From assembly GCF_009914755.1 (NCBI RefSeq), contig NC_060947.1: DNA of 64,000 nucleotides; one strand, 5' to 3'. The DNA comes from the human T2T-CHM13v2.0 reference genome, Homo sapiens. Position 1 is the stretch's first letter; each line of letters begins with the position of its first letter. Shown piece after piece: positions 27,651-44,130 of this stretch. The translations under genes and the position numbers were made by a program. The notes beneath the pieces were generated by a model. The model was not told the origin of the DNA, made no database searches, and saw only the letters and a list, made by a program, of their open reading frames with translations.

Positions 27651-29414
27651 ACCTATCTAATTTACATACATGAAACTCCAAAATTTTATATTAGTATGCA
27701 GACATATATACTTTATTTCATAGAGGAAGATCTGGATGGATGTGTACCAAACTACTAACGGCTACCTTGGGGGAAGATAATGAAATAGAGTGGAACAAGA
27801 GGGACTTTTGCTCCATCTACATAATTTGAAATTTTAGCAAGGAAAATAGAAAATATAGCCATGGTTTTTTTTTGGTAATTAGAATTTTTTTTGAAAAAAT
27901 TGATGGGTTCTACTTTTGGTTATGGCTAAGTAAACTCATATTGGACCAACCCTCCTGAAGATAAAAATATAAAATCTGGACAAAATTTGAAAGGCAACTC
28001 AATTAAGAGACTGGAAAACAACAGAAAGCAGGCAGATTCTGGAGGAGAGTCACCAGCCAGGCAAAGAGAATGGCAAAGGGTTTAAGTCTCCTCTTTCACA
28101 ATTTCTTGCCTGGGGGTAGGCCCTAATCTGTGCCATGGAAACAGCTAATGCTCTGATAGAAAACTGGCGGGTTTTTCTAGATTGAGTAGCAAAAGGATAG
28201 AGTTTGGGCCCACCAAGGCTGCTGGGAAGGGAGGAGGAATTATCAGAAAGCAAAGTGACAAAGAAGAGGAAGCACAAATTCTCTGAAGAAATTCTTCCCA
28301 ACTCTCTGCTCTCTGGTTGACCTCTGAACTTTATAGGTGCAGGGAAGACTCCAAGCAGTTCAGCTAAAGGTAAACAAATTGATCTGACCTTAGATCAGTC
28401 AGTTTGTAGTTGCCTGCTAAAATAACAATATTAACATTCATTAGAGAAATATAGAATTACCCAGAGTTTCCACAATACAATATTCATGAAGTCCAGGATG
28501 CTACTCAAAACTATGTAGTATATGTATGAAGCAGCAGGAGAATATGACCCATTCTCAAAAGAAAAATATTCATAAAGACCCTCTCTGAAATGACTCATGT
28601 TGGAATTAGCAGACAATGATATTTAAGCAGCTATTACAACTATGCTTAATGAAGGAAATATGCTTACCATGAATGTAAAAACCAGGAATCTCAGCAGAGA
28701 AATAGAAACCATAAAAAGGGAATAGGTGAAAATTCTAAAACTGAAAAATACAATATCTGAAATTTTAAGAAATCTAAATGGGCAAAAAAGTGTAGATGAC
28801 AATGGAAGGAGCCAGTGAACTTGCAGATAGATCCATAGAAAGTATCCAATTTGACAAAAAAGGGAAAAAAATCTTCAGAGACAAATGGGGCAGTATCAAA
28901 GTTCTAACTCATGTGTAGCTTGAGTTCCAAAAGGAAAGGAAAGAGAGACTGAAGCAAACTTCAGTCTTTAAAAAAAAAACTTTTTAAAGAAATAATGGGT
29001 GCAAATATCCCAAATTTGGTGAAAGACATGCATTTACAGATTCAGGAATCTCAGTAAACAAAATATACCATGAAAACCATGTCTAGTCAAACTGATGAAA
29101 AGCAAAGATAAAATCTTGAACATACCCCAAAACAACCAGAGAAGATAATACATTATATCAGGGAACAATGTTTCTGATAATCTAGAAATGATTTAGATGT
29201 TGGGATTAGAAGACACTGGAGTACAAAAAATAATATAATGGGATACAGTGGAATAATATATTTTGGGGGAAAAATCTCTTAACCTAGAATTTTATATCCA
29301 GAGAACTTATCCAACAAGACAGAAAGTGAAATAAAAATAGTTTTACATAGAAGAAAACAAATAGACATTGTCTCCAGCAGATCTGTACTTCAAGAAATGA
29401 TAGAGTTATTCAGG

Positions 29415-29842
29415 TGATAGAGTTTGAATGCATGTCTCCACCAAATCTCATGTTGAATTGTAATCCTCAGTGTTGCAGGTGAGGCCTGGTGGGAGATGTC
29501 TGGATCATGGGGTCAGATCCCTCATCAATGGCTTGGGTCATCTCCTTGGTGATAAGTGAGATCTTGCTCAGAGTTCACATGAGATCTGGTGCTTTAAAAG
29601 TGTGTGGCACTTGCCTCACCCCCTTCCACGATCTCTGTCTTGCTCCTGCTTTTGCCATGTGATGTGCCTGTGCCCCTCTTTGCCTTTTGCCATGATTGAA
29701 AGCTTCCTGATGCCTCCCCAGAAGCAGTTGCCGCTATACTTCCTGTATAGTCTGTAGAACCCTGAGCCAGTTAAACCCCTTTTCTTATAATTTACCTAGT
29801 CTCAGACATTTATTTTTAACAGTGCAAGAATGGCCTAATACA
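29415..29842 (+). mobile_element. MSTA/MSTB solo LTR (428 bp)
   Basis: TG...CA termini (tgatagagtttg...cctaataca). 5-bp TSD tcagg at 29410-29414 and 29843-29847. Confidence 0.92.
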
Positions 29843-30059
29843 TCAGGCTAAAGGGGAAATTATACCAGATTGAAAACCAGAATCTTCAGAAACGAACGAA
29901 GATTACCAGAAATGGTAAATATCTAGTAAATATAAAAACAATTTTCCTCTTAATTTTCTTGAAACACATATGACTGTTTAAAGCAAAGACTATAACATTA
30001 TTGTGTGAAATTTAACATGTATATAGGTCTGATTTATCCAACTGCTATAACATATAGAT

Positions 30060-30377
30060 GATAGTGGTGTCCTTATAAGAAGAGAAGAAAAAATGCAGAG
30101 ACATAAACACATGAGAGAAAAATGCTGTGTGGTGATAGAAGCAGATATTGAAGTGTTGCAGCTGCAAGCAAAGGACCACCAAGGATTTCCAGCAAACCAC
30201 CGGAGGCTAGGAAGAGGCAAGGGAGGATTCTCCCCTACAGGTTACAGAGGGAACTTGGCTCTAACTACATCTTGATTTTGGACTTCAAGCATCCAGAATT
30301 GTGAGACAATACACTTCTCTTTTAAAAGTCACTCATTTTGTAGTATTTTGTTACGGCAGCCCTAGAAAACTAATGCA
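30060..30377 (+). mobile_element. MLT1B/C LTR, 3' part
   Basis: gtgtccttataagaaga...gctaggaagaggcaaggg...ttgttacggcagccctagaaaactaatgca. Confidence 0.8.
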
Positions 30378-32176
30378 GATATTATACAAAGTCTGTTTTC
30401 TGACCATGGTTGAATTAGAAATTAATAATAAGATATCTGGATAAACAAAAAATGTTTGGAAATTAAGTAACACATTTCTAAATAATCCATGGATCAAATC
30501 ACAAGGGACATTAGAGAACATTTGAAACTGAGTGATAATAAAAATACAACCTATCAAAATTAATGAGATGCAATTTAAGATATTCATTGAAGGAAGCTTA
30601 TATTAAACAATTATAGTAGAAAAGAAGAAAGGTCCAAAATCAATAATATAAATTTCCACTCTAAGAATCCAGCAAAAGAAGAACAAATTAAACCCAAATA
30701 GAAGGAAGGAAATCATAAAGAGCAGAAATTGATTAAATAGAAAACAAATGAAAAACAGAGAAAAATAATAAAACCAAAAATGGATTCTTCACAAAGATCA
30801 ACAAATTTGATAAACCCCTAGTAAGACTTATCAAGGAAAAAAATTAGAAAATATAAATTACCAATATAATAAATGAAAGTAGCGTTACCATTAACAATCT
30901 GCAAACATGAAAGTATATTATTAAGGGATTATTATGAAGAACTTCAAGCCAACAAATTTAATAATGCAGATAAAATAGACAAATTACATAAAAATACAAC
31001 TCATCAATTATAAACAGCACCATATCTATTAAAGAAATTGAGTTTATAATCAAAAACTTTTCTGGAATAAAAATTCTGTGCCAGGATTGTTTCACTAATG
31101 AAGTCAAACATGTAATGAATAAACAATGCCAATCTTAACACAAATTTAGACAGAAATTAGAAAAGAAAGAAACATGTTCCACTTCATTTTTTGAGCACAA
31201 CATAATGCCAACACCAAAATATGGCAAATATATTAAAAGAAATTTATAGACCAGTATCTCAAGAACACAGGTGCAAATCTCCTTAACACAGTATTAACAG
31301 ATACAATCCTAGCAATATAGAAACAATATAATACAGCAGGACCAAGCAAGGTTTATCCTAGGAATTCAAGGTTTACATAACATTTGAAAATCAATCAATA
31401 TAATTCACCATGTTAACAGTACAAAGGGAAAATTCATATAGTCACATCCAAATATGCTGAAGAATCATGACATAATCAGCACTTTTTCATGATTAAAATT
31501 CTAAGCAAACTAGGAATAGAAGGACACTTCTTCAATCTGATAAAGTGTATCTATGAAAAATGTACATCTAACACCATACCTAATGGTGAAATACTACATG
31601 TTTTAACCACTTTTAATCAACATTGCTTTGGAGATTCTAGCCTTTGCAACAAAGCAAGCAAATGAAATTAAAGGCATAAATATGAGAAAGGAAAAATTTG
31701 CAGATGGCATGATTTCTTACATAGAAAATCCTAAAGAATTTTAAATAACTACTGGAACTAATAAGTGAATTAACAAAATTACATAGTACAATGTTAGCAT
31801 ACCAAATCAACTGCATTTTTTATACTGGCAAATGATTGGAAAGTGACATTCAGAAATCAATTCCATTTGTAATAGCATAAGAAAACATAAACTACTTAGG
31901 AATAAATTTAACAAAAGATGTGCCAAGAACTCTAGACTGAAAAAGCTCAAAGCTTAATTAAGATAAATTAAAGCTCTAAATACATGGATGGAAATACCAT
32001 ATTTGTATCTTGAAAGACTTGTCTTAAGATGTTCATTTCCCCAAAATGATCTAGGGATATAACCATATGCCAAACATAATCCCATCTGGCTCTTTCATAG
32101 AAATGTACAAACTAATTCTAAAATTTATTTGGAAATACAAAGGACCTAGATATCCAAAGCAATCTTAAAAAAAATC

Positions 32177-32448
32177 TCAGGAATGGAAAACCAAATATCA
32201 TATGTTCTTACTTGTATGTGGGAACTAAGATATGAGGATGCAAAAGCATAAGAATGATATAATGGGCTTCGGGGACTCAAGGGGAAGGGTGGGAGGAGGG
32301 TGACGGATAAAAGGCTACATATTGGGTGTGGTGTACACTGCTAGGATGATGGGTGCACCAAAATCTCAGAAATCATCACTAAAGAATTTATCCATGTGAC
32401 CAAAAACCACCTGTTCTCCCAAAACTATTGAAATTCAAATAAAATAAA
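32177..32448 (+). mobile_element. L1PB 3' end fragment
   Basis: caggaatggaaaaccaaa...gggtgcaccaaaatctcagaaatca...aaaactattgaaat followed by an A-rich tail. Confidence 0.8.
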
Positions 32449-32776
32449 CTGGATCTTTCGAATACCACTTTAACTAAATAAAACCAATTTTATTAGCAGT
32501 AAAAACTCACCAGAAATACCAGAAAATTTCCTATACTTGACTTCAATGTTTATTGTAAAACTACTGTAATCAAGACCATATATCATTGGCATAAGGACTG
32601 ACAAATAAGGTGATGGAACAAAATATAGAGTCTACAAATAGACACACACTTATATAGTCATCTGATTTTTGACAAAGATGCTAAAACAATTCAATGAGAA
32701 AAGTAAAGAATCCTCAACAAATGGTGCTGGAAAACTGGATATACAAATAGAAACTTAATCTCTACCTCAAACTACA

Positions 32777-33146
32777 TATCTTAGTCCATTTGAGCTGCTA
32801 TAACAAAATACCATAGACTGATTGGCTTATAAACAACCAAAATTTATTCCTTACAGTTCTGGAGGCTGGAAAGTCCAAGATCAAGGCACTGGCAAATTTG
32901 GTGTCTGGTAAGGCCCCACTCTCTGGTTCATAGATGGCTATCTTTTCACTGTGTCCTCACATGGTGGAAGAAGTAAAGAATCTCTTTTAGGCCTCTTTTA
33001 TAGGGAAACGAACGAATCCTATTCATGAGGGTCCCACTCTCATGACCTTATCACTTCCCAGTGGCCCCTCCACTGAATACCATCACTAGTGGATTATAAT
33101 TTCAACATATTAATTTGGGGGGAACATAAATATTCAGACCATAACA
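32777..33146 (-). mobile_element. MLT1A0/MST-type solo LTR
   Basis: tcttagtccatttgagctgctataacaaaataccatagactg...attcagaccataaca. Confidence 0.85.
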
Positions 33147-35311
33147 CCATACAAAAATTAATTTGCATAGGATTACATACCTAATGATAAAACTTAAGCC
33201 ATAAAAATTCTCGAAAATATAGGAGCATATCTCTATGAACCAGGAGTAGGCAAAAGTTTCTTAGGACACAGAAATAATTATATAATAAAAATTGATACAT
33301 TAAACATCATCAAAATTAAAAACAGCTTTTTATCAAAATACACCATTAAGAAAATGAACAGACAAGCCACATTCTAAGAGAAAGTATCCCAAAGCATATA
33401 TCAGATAAAGAAATGGTATTCAGAATATATAAAGACAAATAACCTAATCAAAACAGGCAAAATGTTTAAACAGAATCTTCACAAAAGATATGTGAATGAC
33501 CAATAAGCACATGACTATGCAGTCAACATCATTAGATATCAGAGAACTGCAAACTAAAATCATACTGTGATACCAGTAGACACCCAGAAGAACAGCTAAA
33601 ATTAAACAGACAACACCAAATGTTGGAAAGGATGCAGAGCAACTAGAACTTGCATACATTTTTTGCTGGGAGTATAAAATGGTATAACGACTTTGGAAAA
33701 ATGTCCAGCAGTTAGTTATAAATGTGAATATACAGCAACCTTATTATCTGAAAATTCTATTTCCAGGTATTTGCCCAAAATAGATAAAACATTTGTCCAT
33801 GCAAAAACTTACATATGAATACTCATGGAAGCTTTATTCATAATACTTCTGAACTGGAAATAGTTCATGTGTTCATTAATATGTGAATGGATAAAACACT
33901 GTGATATAGGCATACAGTGAAATACTACTTAGCAATAAAAAGGAATGAATTATTGATATATGCAATAGCATGGATGGATCTTAAAAAATTATGCTGAATG
34001 AAAGAATTATTACACAAAAGAGTGTAATAAACTGTATGATTTCATTATATAAACTTCTAGAAGAAGCAAAATTAATCCATGGTGAAAAAAACTGTGGTTG
34101 CCTGAGGCAGAGATAAAGGTGGGGGTTGAATGGAAAAGGGCATGAAAAACTTTCTGAAGTCATGATAATGTTTTACATCTTGAAAGGGGTTTTGGTTACA
34201 CGTTTGTATCCATTTGCCATAACTCACTGGTGGTTCAATTAAGATTTATGTATCTCAATTTTATGTAAATTTAACTTCAAAAGAAAAAGTACCATAAACA
34301 AATTCTGAACTTTAGTTGATGATATGCATGCTGAAGTATTTAGGGAGAAGTGTATTACTGTCTGCAATTTACTTTGACATGTATCAAAATAATAATATGG
34401 ATTGATGAATGGATAGCGGGATAGAGAAATTAAGTTTGTGATAATGCAAAGCACAATAAAATGTAAATTGTAGAATCTAGGTGTTGGGTATATGGACGTT
34501 CACTGTGAAAGTCTTTCAACTTTTCTGTATGTTTGAAAATCTTGGTTAAAAAATGTTGGAGAGAATAATGATGGTTGTGTTGATTCATTCAGGAGTACCC
34601 ATGATCTCCCCACATCTCTTTCTGTGAATGACTTCTCCATGCTCACTCATATTTAGTATCTGAACTTCCCCCTCCTGTTTTGTTTTCCAGGTTATATCTT
34701 ACCCCCCATATACAACCATGACTTCCATCCCCATCACTAAGTTCATTTCAAACTGTCCTCTGATAAGGGATGTAGTCAGCTTGTCTGCTGGATCTCTTCA
34801 AGGGACCTGCTCCATCTGATGAAACCTTCCATTTCAAGTTCTAAAACCCTTCCCTGGCTCCCACTAAAAAGGATTAGCTTCTAGGGCCATTACTTTCAGA
34901 GATACAAGCTCACAGTACAAAGACAATTGCATTGGACACACAGAGGTTTCCATCCTGGCTTGTAGAGTTAAAGATGACCTTGTGTGGAGTTTCTGTGCTA
35001 CCTTATATCCAGACTAAATATGAGAACTTCAGTTTATTGCAAAGCTAATTTGTATAGATATTGGGGCCCAGGCAGTGTTATGAACACCTTCCCAGACAAG
35101 TTATGATATGCTTCTTTAGGAACCAGGATTAAGTCCAATGGCCTTAGAGGAAGTCCAGCAGGCTTGATCACTTGTTCTTTTCCTAATCGTGCACCCAAGT
35201 GATGGCTGTGAGCTATACTCAAAAGGAAATAGCTCTCCACAATGGCAGTATATCTAGTCCAATGGTTCTCATTCCTGGCCACACATTAAAATTACCCAGG
35301 CACTAATTTTT

Positions 35312-37398
<2,087 letters not shown>

Positions 37399-37436
37399 TC
37401 AAAGGCTTCCCAATGATTCTAGTGTGAGGTCAAAGA

Positions 37437-37721
37437 AGGAAGATAATTCAGTCAGGATGCACTGGTATAGCCATACAAGTTGTGAAAATATTGAGATATT
37501 TTCAAGTGAATTGGTAAATGCCCTGAGACCCAAGTGCCCTGGAAACCTCATCTCCTCCAGCTCAGAACCCCTAGACTTTCTCATAATCAGTAACTATAGA
37601 GTTAATGCCTGGCCCTGAAGGAGTCCTCCAGCACAATGCTTCCGCATTTAGCCAGATTCCATTCTAATTAATCAGTACCCAGTACAGTACCCATTATTAA
37701 ATATTTTGAATACCCCTCCTG
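37437..37721. mobile_element. Old hAT (Tip100/ORSL-like) fossil
   Basis: Ends aggaagataattcagtc and ttaaatattttgaatacccctcctg resemble recalled hAT-Tip100 terminal repeats. Confidence 0.4.
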
Positions 37722-40700
37722 CAACCAGTGTTGAGAACCACTGATCTAGTCAATTCAGACAAGCGTCTGAGCATTTTACCTGTTCCATACCAAATAACTA
37801 GTTTGACTATATTTCTACTTCTGTCCATGCACATAACTAGGTTTGACCCTTAAGAAAGTCATTTCTGGGCTCTGAATCCCATGTGAACAATGACAGGATT
37901 GAACTAGGTCCTCTTTAAGGATGCTTCCAACTCTGAAGTGCATGGTACTGTGATTCTGTGAATCATGAATTCCGCAAAGCTAAAAAAGGCTCCAAGAGAA
38001 GTGAGAGCAAAATGGATTCAGACTCCTGTACACTAACGCAAGCCAGCTAACGAAACCCCACAGTGCATGTTAATTGTATACTGCTCTTCTTAGAAGACAT
38101 CATTCTTTCCTGAAGCTCCCCTCTCCCCTGCCTCACCAAGTTATAGGCTTGGAACTTGAAACCTGAAAATGAATTATACTTAACTTGGGCCAAAGATGCA
38201 AATGTGATTAGAACTAAATTTAGCCTATCCACTTTTAAAGCATGTTCCAGACATTTCCATTTACGACTTCCATGGTAGTGACTTCCACAGAGGAGTGACA
38301 TACAGGAAAACATAATCCATTTTACTTGTTTTATGTTTATTTGCCATTGGTTTCATTGAGTAACCCCCTGTTCGTGGATTATAGAGAAAAGGAGGAATCA
38401 GTTGATTTTTTTGGCCCCTCCAGAAATTTAAGCAGCTTCAAGCTGTCCTCTCCCATTCTATGCCTCTCTTGGCCAAGTGTTTCCTTGATTTTAGTCTCAT
38501 AGCAATCTTCATTTCTATGGCTCTTCAAGCACAGCTTGCTTTATCTGGATCTCTTAACTTTTCACTTGCTCTTTTTCAAGTGGAACTTGAAAACTTGGAA
38601 CTGTGTTTACAAGAGCCCACAGTGAGATTGTTAGCTGGCAATTATGAGTTCATGCAGTCATTAGTGAACAGGCTGAATTAGCCAGATCACTTGTCTATGC
38701 TGACAAATAAACAACATAATTTCCAAATCATTTCGTGTAGCTGAGGTATAATTTATCATATATGCTAATAACTCAGAAATATACGTCTATAGTACTGGTC
38801 TGTCTTGTTGCCTCATGGCCTACCCTATTGTCTCTCAAAGTAGCAAGCTCAATTCAAATTGTACTGTGAAACCTCGATGGAAAACTCAGAGCCCCTACCT
38901 TCATCTCCATCCCAATTGCCCTATGCCAATACACTAAATACTCCCCTATGCCTCAGTACTGATTCCTCTCCATATCCCCAAGCTAGATGCCAATAAACAA
39001 ATATAAGATGATAAGATAACAGTGCAAGGAAAGATATGATTTATTACACAGTCAGGGTAGGGAGGACAGAATTGGAATGGAAGGAAGGGCTTCGTTCCAC
39101 TTAATCAACCAAAGGCCTGGTTTGTCAGGGCTACCCCTCAGCAAACATTTGGGGAGCTGGCCAGATTGTTCTTTGACCCCTTTCCCTTTGCATCATCCTG
39201 GGAGTGTACCATTTTCCCTATATGAAATTCCCTTCCTCACACCATGTATCAGAGATTTTACTAGTGTGCTTTGTGCAAAGACCACCAGGAGCCAAGTCAC
39301 TTAAAATACTATTAAAATGCAGATTCTTGAGCCCTAGCAAGATGAATTGATATAAAATAAAACTGAAGAACTATTGCCTTTTATTTGTTTTGCTCAATAA
39401 GCAAATGGAGCAATTGCCTTTTACTTTAGAGGGCTGCTTAGAGAGCATTTCCATTTATATAGTCCATCATCATTTTCAACTCAACGTATCTAAACTTACT
39501 CTTCTTCCATTCTAAATTGCTTCCCTGCATCAACTCTTCCATGTACATCAGTGGCACCACCATACTCCCAGGATCCCAGAATCAAACCTCAAAGTCAACA
39601 GCAACAAACTAGGATGAATCCATTGTTTGTTCCTATTTTTGTTGTTATTTGTGATTGGTCTTTTTTTCCATGCATGTGTCGGGGGGTGGGGGGGGGTCAT
39701 AGTAGATGAAAGCTTGTTATCATTGCATAGACACTGTCGCAGCATAATTTTTTATAGCACAGTCTCCAAGCCCTCATCAGGCATGTGCTCTTCGGAGAAA
39801 ACTTGGAGTCTCCGGAAATTCTGTTACAAGATCCAAACATCTTATAAGGCACTAATTAGAGTAGGGCAGGGTCTCAACTACTCTTCCTCTGGGTCAGTTT
39901 CACTCAGATCCATGAAATTGCTCCTCCCATGTGGAATCCCAGAGGCCACTCATTATCTAGCTGAAGCCTCTCTTTGTTAATGTCAAAGTGAGAAGCCTTC
40001 CACTTCATTATCTAGCAAGTGCCCTTCATTACTACTAATCAAAAGTTTCCATTTATGGAGCACTTACTGTGTACCAGGAACTGTTTATTCTAAAGACTTT
40101 ACAAGGTTACATAGGCAGGCAGTGCAGTGTTGGGATTCAGAGCCAGTCAGTGTGGTTGCAGAGTCCAGGTTCTTAACCATCACATTATGTACTGCTAACT
40201 GTTGACAGCCTACAGGATCTAGGCTGTGCATGAAGCTGAAAGCTGTCTGCCTCCAAAGAATCATCAAAACCTCCTCTTTCTGTTACTTCTGGCAAAATGG
40301 TGCAAGTCTGCTACTAGGGAGTTGGCAAAGCCCTTAAAAGGGCTCCTGCTGCTACATACATATGTAGTAAAAGAATAAAGAAACCCACGGAATAGCAATT
40401 TCCTAATTTAGGATGGAAGTAATCTCTGGAGTAAAAGGAGGGGTTGTGATCAGAGAGGCACATGGGGGCTCCAACTACATTGGTAATAATCAATTTTCTT
40501 AGTCTGGCTAATGATTAAACAAAAAGATATACATACCTTTTGTATGTCTTTAATATTTCATAATAAACTATTTCAAAGGGCTCCTAGTGATCTCTCTGTC
40601 TCCCCTAATATAGCAAGTATTGAGCTTGCTATACTAGGGCCTGAAAAGTCTAGAAGTAAGGATGCAGGATTCTTGCTCTTCTCTTGCCTCACAAGGAACA

Positions 40701-41231
40701 ATCCTTAGATTTACAACTTTCACTTCCTCTTACCCATTGTAAGCCTATTTCAAGATCTGGCAATAAGAAGTTGCTTAATATAATGTATACTCATATCCTA
40801 TAATCCTAGAACTCCAGATCAAATAAAGGTTGATGAAAAAGAGGAATGAGGAGGGGCCTGTGGAGAGCTCAAGAGGTAGAGGGAAAACAGTAAAGTAGAG
40901 AAAAAAGAGAAGAGATCAGAAGAAAGAAAAAAGATGGGAGGAAGAAAAAAAGATACAGGGAAGAGTAGAGAGAAATGAACCAAATAAATTTCTGTTCATT
41001 CTAAGTTACTCAGTCCATGGTAGCTGACTGTGCTGCTATTCTGTTACAGCACCAGAAAACAAACTAAGACAGCCACCACCCAGGAATCCTTGGAAAACCC
41101 TAGGCAAGGATTGCCAGGTAAAGGTTAGGTGGGATACCACCAAACCACCTCATATAGGGAGAGCTCTCTCTTTGAAAGATGGAGCTCTTCTCTCAGGAAG
41201 CAATTGCTTTTCCTCACAGGACACAAGGTGG

Positions 41232-41249
41232 CAGCAGCAGCAGCAGCAG
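41232..41249 (+). repeat. (CAG)6
   Basis: Seen directly. Confidence 0.9.
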
Positions 41250-41776
41250 CTGTCTGATGAGGACCCTCTGGGCAGTCTCTGGGGCCCCAACAGCAGGCTG
41301 CCTAGTGGATTAGGGAGCTTTTGAGGCTGGCTTAGTGTTGCAAGGAATGGACGAGCCACAGTGTGGCACACACTCTTTCCTGGGATCAGATAGGAACTTG
41401 TGCCATCTACCCTGTTTGGATTCACAGGGTTCAATTTTGCATCAAGACATCCACATTCAGAAAAGACTGATCCAGTCAGTCTCAGTCCCCTGGACCCTTT
41501 TTTTCTAGGAGTACTAGGCAAAACTTGCAGAAAAGACTATTTGATACAAGACTCTAGTTCTTCCTCTTCCTGAGCTGCACATTATCCCCCAAGGGGCCTT
41601 TTTCTGGTCAAACACTCACTGGTCTTCATGGTTAGAAAAGATTTCAAAGATAATTTCTGTATAAAACTCCACTATTAAACTTCATTCCCAATGTCCCTTC
41701 AAAATGACAGCTTTTTAGTATCCCCTGGGGCTTCTCAGAAAGCCAGATACAAAGAGGCCATTTCTAGGTATTAAGA

Positions 41777-41786
<10 letters not shown>

Positions 41787-41827
<41 letters not shown>
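41787..41827 (+). repeat. (TA)n microsatellite, about 20 units
   Basis: Seen directly. Confidence 0.95.
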
Positions 41828-41830
<3 letters not shown>

Positions 41831-42227
41831 CAAATACCAAATATGTTTCTCATATTGTGCTATATTGCTATGTTTTCAATTTTTATGTGGAACAAAAACA
41901 CACTTTTAATTTTAAAAAGACAATGCATTAATTTGTTTCTATCTTCTCATAAAGAGTTAATGATTAACATATTTTTTGACTGATTCCAATGTTCTGAATT
42001 TTTGCAGCTAAATGATGTCACAGGATTTTTGATGTATCAGAGACGATTTTGCCAATTAGGGGTTTGGCTGATGACTGTGCGTCACTCATAATCTATAGCT
42101 TAATTCTAATTTAAATATTTCACCACAGATGGCAATGTTCTACAATACAATTGTAGTAGTCACAAGATAATTGCCAGGTTAAAAAAAAATCACAGTGCAG
42201 GACAGGTAGTGGGTCTGCTGATGAGAC

Positions 42228-43155
42228 TGTAAAACAGAAATAAGATCATAAGCCCCCCAGCTGAATGAACCACCTCCTCTTGGCCAAGGGAACCTCAGAG
42301 AAACCTGAAAAATGGAATTCCTGGCTGTGATGGGAGGGAAGGTCTGACATAACTCATTATATCCTCTCCTTTTTGGAGGTTGGGCATAACTGACTAGCAT
42401 TAACATTAAAATAGAGGTCATAAAGCTGACAAAACAGATTGTTTGTGATAATAAGATACCAAATTCAAAGCTGACTATGGCATGGCATCACATGATAGAT
42501 AGCAGGCCCTGAAGGAAATCAAAATATTTTACCCCAAAATAGATTTCTTTGATATATTTTAAACAGCCCTGCAAAGCTGTCTTTTGTGGGACAAATTTGC
42601 ATCTATAGAGAATCTTCATTAATGAAACCAGGCCTTCCCTTTCTAGGCCTTTCCCCGATCGAGATGAGATTAACTAAGCATCTGACATTCTTTAAGTCCA
42701 AAAAGAGATATTCACCATCTATTCTCTCTGAAGGCTACTGCCTACAAGGCTTCATCTACATGACAGGAGCCTTGGCCTTCATAACCTCCCTTATATTAAC
42801 TCAATCATTTCTTTCTACTAACTTCAAGTATTTAGACAAAGCTTAGCTCTTCCAACCAATTGCCAATCAGAAAATATTTAAATCCACCTATGAACTGTGG
42901 CACTTCCTCCCCCAACCCCTGACTTTGAGATGTTGTACCTTTTTGGGCTGAACCAGTGTATACCTTACATGTGTTGATTTATGTCTTGACTGTAACATCT
43001 GTCCCCCTAAAATGTATAAAACTGGTCTGTAACCCAACCACCTTATGCATACTTTCTCAGGACCTCTTGAAATTGTTTCTGGGGCCATCTTCCCTCATAC
43101 TGGCTCAGAATAAACCTCTTTAAATATTTTACAGAGTTTGGTTTTTCCATTAATA
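42228..43155 (+). mobile_element. ERV1 MER4-family solo LTR (MER4D-like, 928 bp)
   Basis: tgtaaaacagaaataaga...cctcctcttggccaaggg, TATA-like aaatgtataaaa, poly(A) signal in ggctcagaataaacctctttaaatattttacagagtttg. 4-bp TSD agac at 42224-42227 and 43156-43159. Confidence 0.88.
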
Positions 43156-43599
43156 AGACAGAAGCTTAATATGACAAATATCTTCTTTTCGTTGTGTCAT
43201 TGTATTCTGCATATCTGGAAACTCATCTGGTAGTAACGTCAGAAGCTGAAAGTTAAAGCCCTTAGTGAATAAGATGCCCAGGTCAAATGATCTCCTTCCT
43301 TGTCCCCCACCCCCATGCCTTTTGGGGATTACTTATAAATATTTCTTAATAGTGGGCTCTCATGATAAAATATCTCAAAGAAATCTTGATTGGGAGCATT
43401 TCAGACCTTAGAAGGGGGTGATGTATTTTGGAGATTTAGTGCCCTTCAAATGGCATCGTGATGTGGCTACTCACTCTTGAGACACATCCTAGCTTTTGCT
43501 CCAGTGACCCAGAGCTGAATTGGGGGTGGCAGCATAAGAGGAGGACTGGTCCTTTTAATGATCTTTCTTTTAAATTCTGAAATATTTCAAACATATTAT

Positions 43600-44130
43600 T
43601 ATAAATGACCACCCAATTTCACAGCTTAAAACAACCACTTTTTCATTATGCTCATACATTCCTCAGGTCAGGAATTTAGAAAGTACATAATGAGGAGAGC
43701 TGTCTCTGTTCTAGTCTGGTGTCTCTACTGGGAAACTTGAAGGCTAGGGATGAATTGATGGCCAGGGTCTAAAATCATCTGAAGTATCTTGTTCACTCTT
43801 ACTTCTGATGCCTAGGCTGGAAGGATTCTCAATGATTAGAAATGCTAACTCAATTGTCTACGTGTTGCCTCTTCACAATACTGGCTTCCTCACTGTCTAG
43901 TGGCTTCAGGGTGGCCAAACTTCTTACATAATGGCTCAGGGCTCCAAGCATAAGTGTTCCCAGCAAGCAAGGAGGAAACAGAAATCATCTTTTCTGACCT
44001 GACCTCAAAACTGACACACAGTGTCCCTCCCACAACATTCTGTGGGTTACAGGTGAACTTTCCAAGATTCAACAGGAGAGGACAGATACTCTGCCTATCT
44101 ATAGGAAAAACATCAAGGACATCAGGCATG
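43600..44130 (-). mobile_element. MLT1 (G/H-like) LTR
   Basis: cagcttaaaacaaccac...ggtcaggaattt...acttcttacataatggctcagggctccaag. Confidence 0.6.

Larger units (their letters stand above)
27900..34562 (+). mobile_element. Ancient near-full-length L1ME-type LINE, degraded and interrupted by four younger insertions
   Basis: A-rich ORF1/ORF2-like remnants (aaaatcaatcaatataattcacca, acaaatggtgctggaaaactggat) and an L1ME 3' end (gcatgctgaagtatttaggg...ttcaacttttctgtatgtttgaaaat). Confidence 0.8.

Noticed and set aside
41150-41521. (CAG)6 as a polyQ/polyC coding repeat
   Set aside because: No supportable exon. A short repeat in apparently non-coding DNA.
42118-42138. CTCF-like caccacagatggcaat
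   Set aside because: One base short in the core spacing relative to the consensus, so a weak match.
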